DNA of 64,000 nucleotides from Candidatus Heimdallarchaeota archaeon (GTDB lineage Archaea; Asgardarchaeota; Heimdallarchaeia; JABLTI01): positions 16,321-80,320 of the forward strand of contig JAHLVW010000099.1 of the NCBI GenBank assembly GCA_019058275.1, in the 5' to 3' direction. Positions 62,920 to 64,000 of this stretch are shown here, piece after piece. The position numbers and the translations under genes were made by a program. How positions within the stretch are numbered: position 1 is the first letter of the stretch; the number at the start of each line of letters is the position of its first letter. Under the pieces are notes generated by a model. That model was given only the letters and a program-made list of their open reading frames with translations. It had not been told where the DNA came from and ran no database searches.

Positions 62920-63624
62920 ATGTCATTCCCGAGGCAGCGATTCGTATTAGACACAACTGCTTTTACTGATAGTAAACTAATAGAACATCTTGGTAGTAAT
63001 ATAAGAGATGCAGTCAATAGACTTACTGAATTAATCAGCATTGGTAGATTAAGATTAAACATTTCCTGCTACATGCCACCAAGTACATTTAGCGAATTGA
63101 AGAAATTCCTGTTAGAAAGTAAATGTACTATTAGAGATGTTGATCAAGTAGAAGCTTGGGTTGTTCGTAAGTCTCCGGATAGATATTCAGTTTTATTATC
63201 ATCACAAGTAATCTATGAGTACGTATCTGATGTAAGAGATAGATTAGATCAAGGAATGACAATTGTTCGACGAGCAATAAAAGAAGCCCTAAAAAGAAGC
63301 GAAAAAAACTATTTTGATGAAAATAGTCTATCAGTAAAGGATATTGAAACTGAAATATCAAGAACTTTTGAAGACAAATATCGTCAAAAAATGCGAAGAG
63401 GAGTATTGGATTCATTGCCTGATATTGATACTCTTATTTTAGCAAAAGAGCTAGGTGCTGGAGTAGTATCAGCAGATAAAGGAATTAAAGCATGGACAGA
63501 GAGAATGGGAATACGGTATGTCGAAGCTAATTTCTTTCCACAAATCATACTTACTTATTTAGAAAGACTAGAAGATTTCCCTGCATCTTTTAAGAAGGTC
63601 ACTAATACAAAAAATAAGAAGTAG
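62920..63624 (+). CDS. HARP, protein-only RNase P (homolog of Aquifex RNase P, PIN fold)
   Basis: QRFVLDTTAFT, YMPPS, K.P.RY and R.G.LDS..D.D.L.LAKEL.A.VVS.D.GI..W.E..G. Confidence 0.88.
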   Translation: MSFPRQRFVLDTTAFTDSKLIEHLGSNIRDAVNRLTELISIGRLRLNISCYMPPSTFSELKKFLLESKCTIRDVDQVEAWVVRKSPDRYSVLLSSQVIYEYVSDVRDRLDQGMTIVRRAIKEALKRSEKNYFDENSLSVKDIETEISRTFEDKYRQKMRRGVLDSLPDIDTLILAKELGAGVVSADKGIKAWTERMGIRYVEANFFPQIILTYLERLEDFPASFKKVTNTKNKK

Positions 63625-63632
63625 GAATTACA

Positions 63633-63851
63633 ATGAAAACAGAAGCAAATGAAGAGGAAGTTCGTTTATTATTCAGATCTAAAAGTGATTATCTATTTGC
63701 AGGGGTTTTAGGAGGATTAGGTTATTATTGGAATATCGATTCCACAATTATTCGAATTTTGTTTCTCTTTTTGACAATACTCACAATTGGTTTAACAGTA
63801 ATTATCTATTTTATTTTAATTAAAGCAATTCCTCTCGAGCCTGAAGTTTAG
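63633..63851 (+). CDS. pspC: PspC domain protein
   Basis: LFRS..D...AGV.GGL..YW.ID.TIIR...Y......P. Confidence 0.85.
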   Translation: MKTEANEEEVRLLFRSKSDYLFAGVLGGLGYYWNIDSTIIRILFLFLTILTIGLTVIIYFILIKAIPLEPEV

Positions 63852-63941
63852 CTTGTAGTTGTTTTCTAATATAGTAAAAAAGAATTTATAGAAAATCTAA
63901 CCATACAATGTTATTAATAATGAGCTTGAGAGTTGTTTACT

Positions 63942-64000
63942 GTGAAAAAAATATGGGCACCTTGGCGTATTGAATATATTAAGCAACCAAATAAAGATGA
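63942..64000 (+). CDS. HIT family protein, 5' end (truncated by the window edge)
   Basis: A GTG start gives MKKIWAPWRIEYI, the characteristic N-terminus of long HIT/Ap4A phosphorylase-like proteins. Confidence 0.65.
   Translation, partial: MKKIWAPWRIEYIKQPNKD

Overview
This is an AT-rich archaeal chromosomal window, most likely from an Asgard archaeon (Heimdallarchaeia-like). The assignment is inferred from aIF1, Rqc2, HflX, NurA, PolB and HARP, together with eukaryotic-signature proteins: an Arf-like GTPase, an ESCRT-II Vps22/36-like protein, an EMC6/OPTI-like protein, a longin-like protein and two membrane-anchored ZnF-RING proteins. Many secreted proteins end in a transmembrane helix plus a basic tail. 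No rRNA, tRNA, CRISPR array, integrase, transposase or reverse transcriptase was recognised. The main result is a polarised gene-cassette array at about 13.4-22.1 kb. Six same-orientation copies of a ~50 nt GC-rich element (AAACCGGACGAGGGCAAACCAGCCCCCGTCGCGGGAAAAGGGAGTTTA) separate single unrelated accessory genes, including a toxin-antitoxin pair. The hairpin shows compensatory changes, folds better on the minus strand, has a bulged base and decays from right to left. It resembles an integron array but does not have canonical attC geometry. Other highlights are a receptor-like RING operon with a vWA partner, a circularly permuted family-5 solute-binding protein, a candidate small ncRNA, a shared operator-like motif and several pseudogenes. 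All protein calls come from recognising motifs by eye; no database searches were run.
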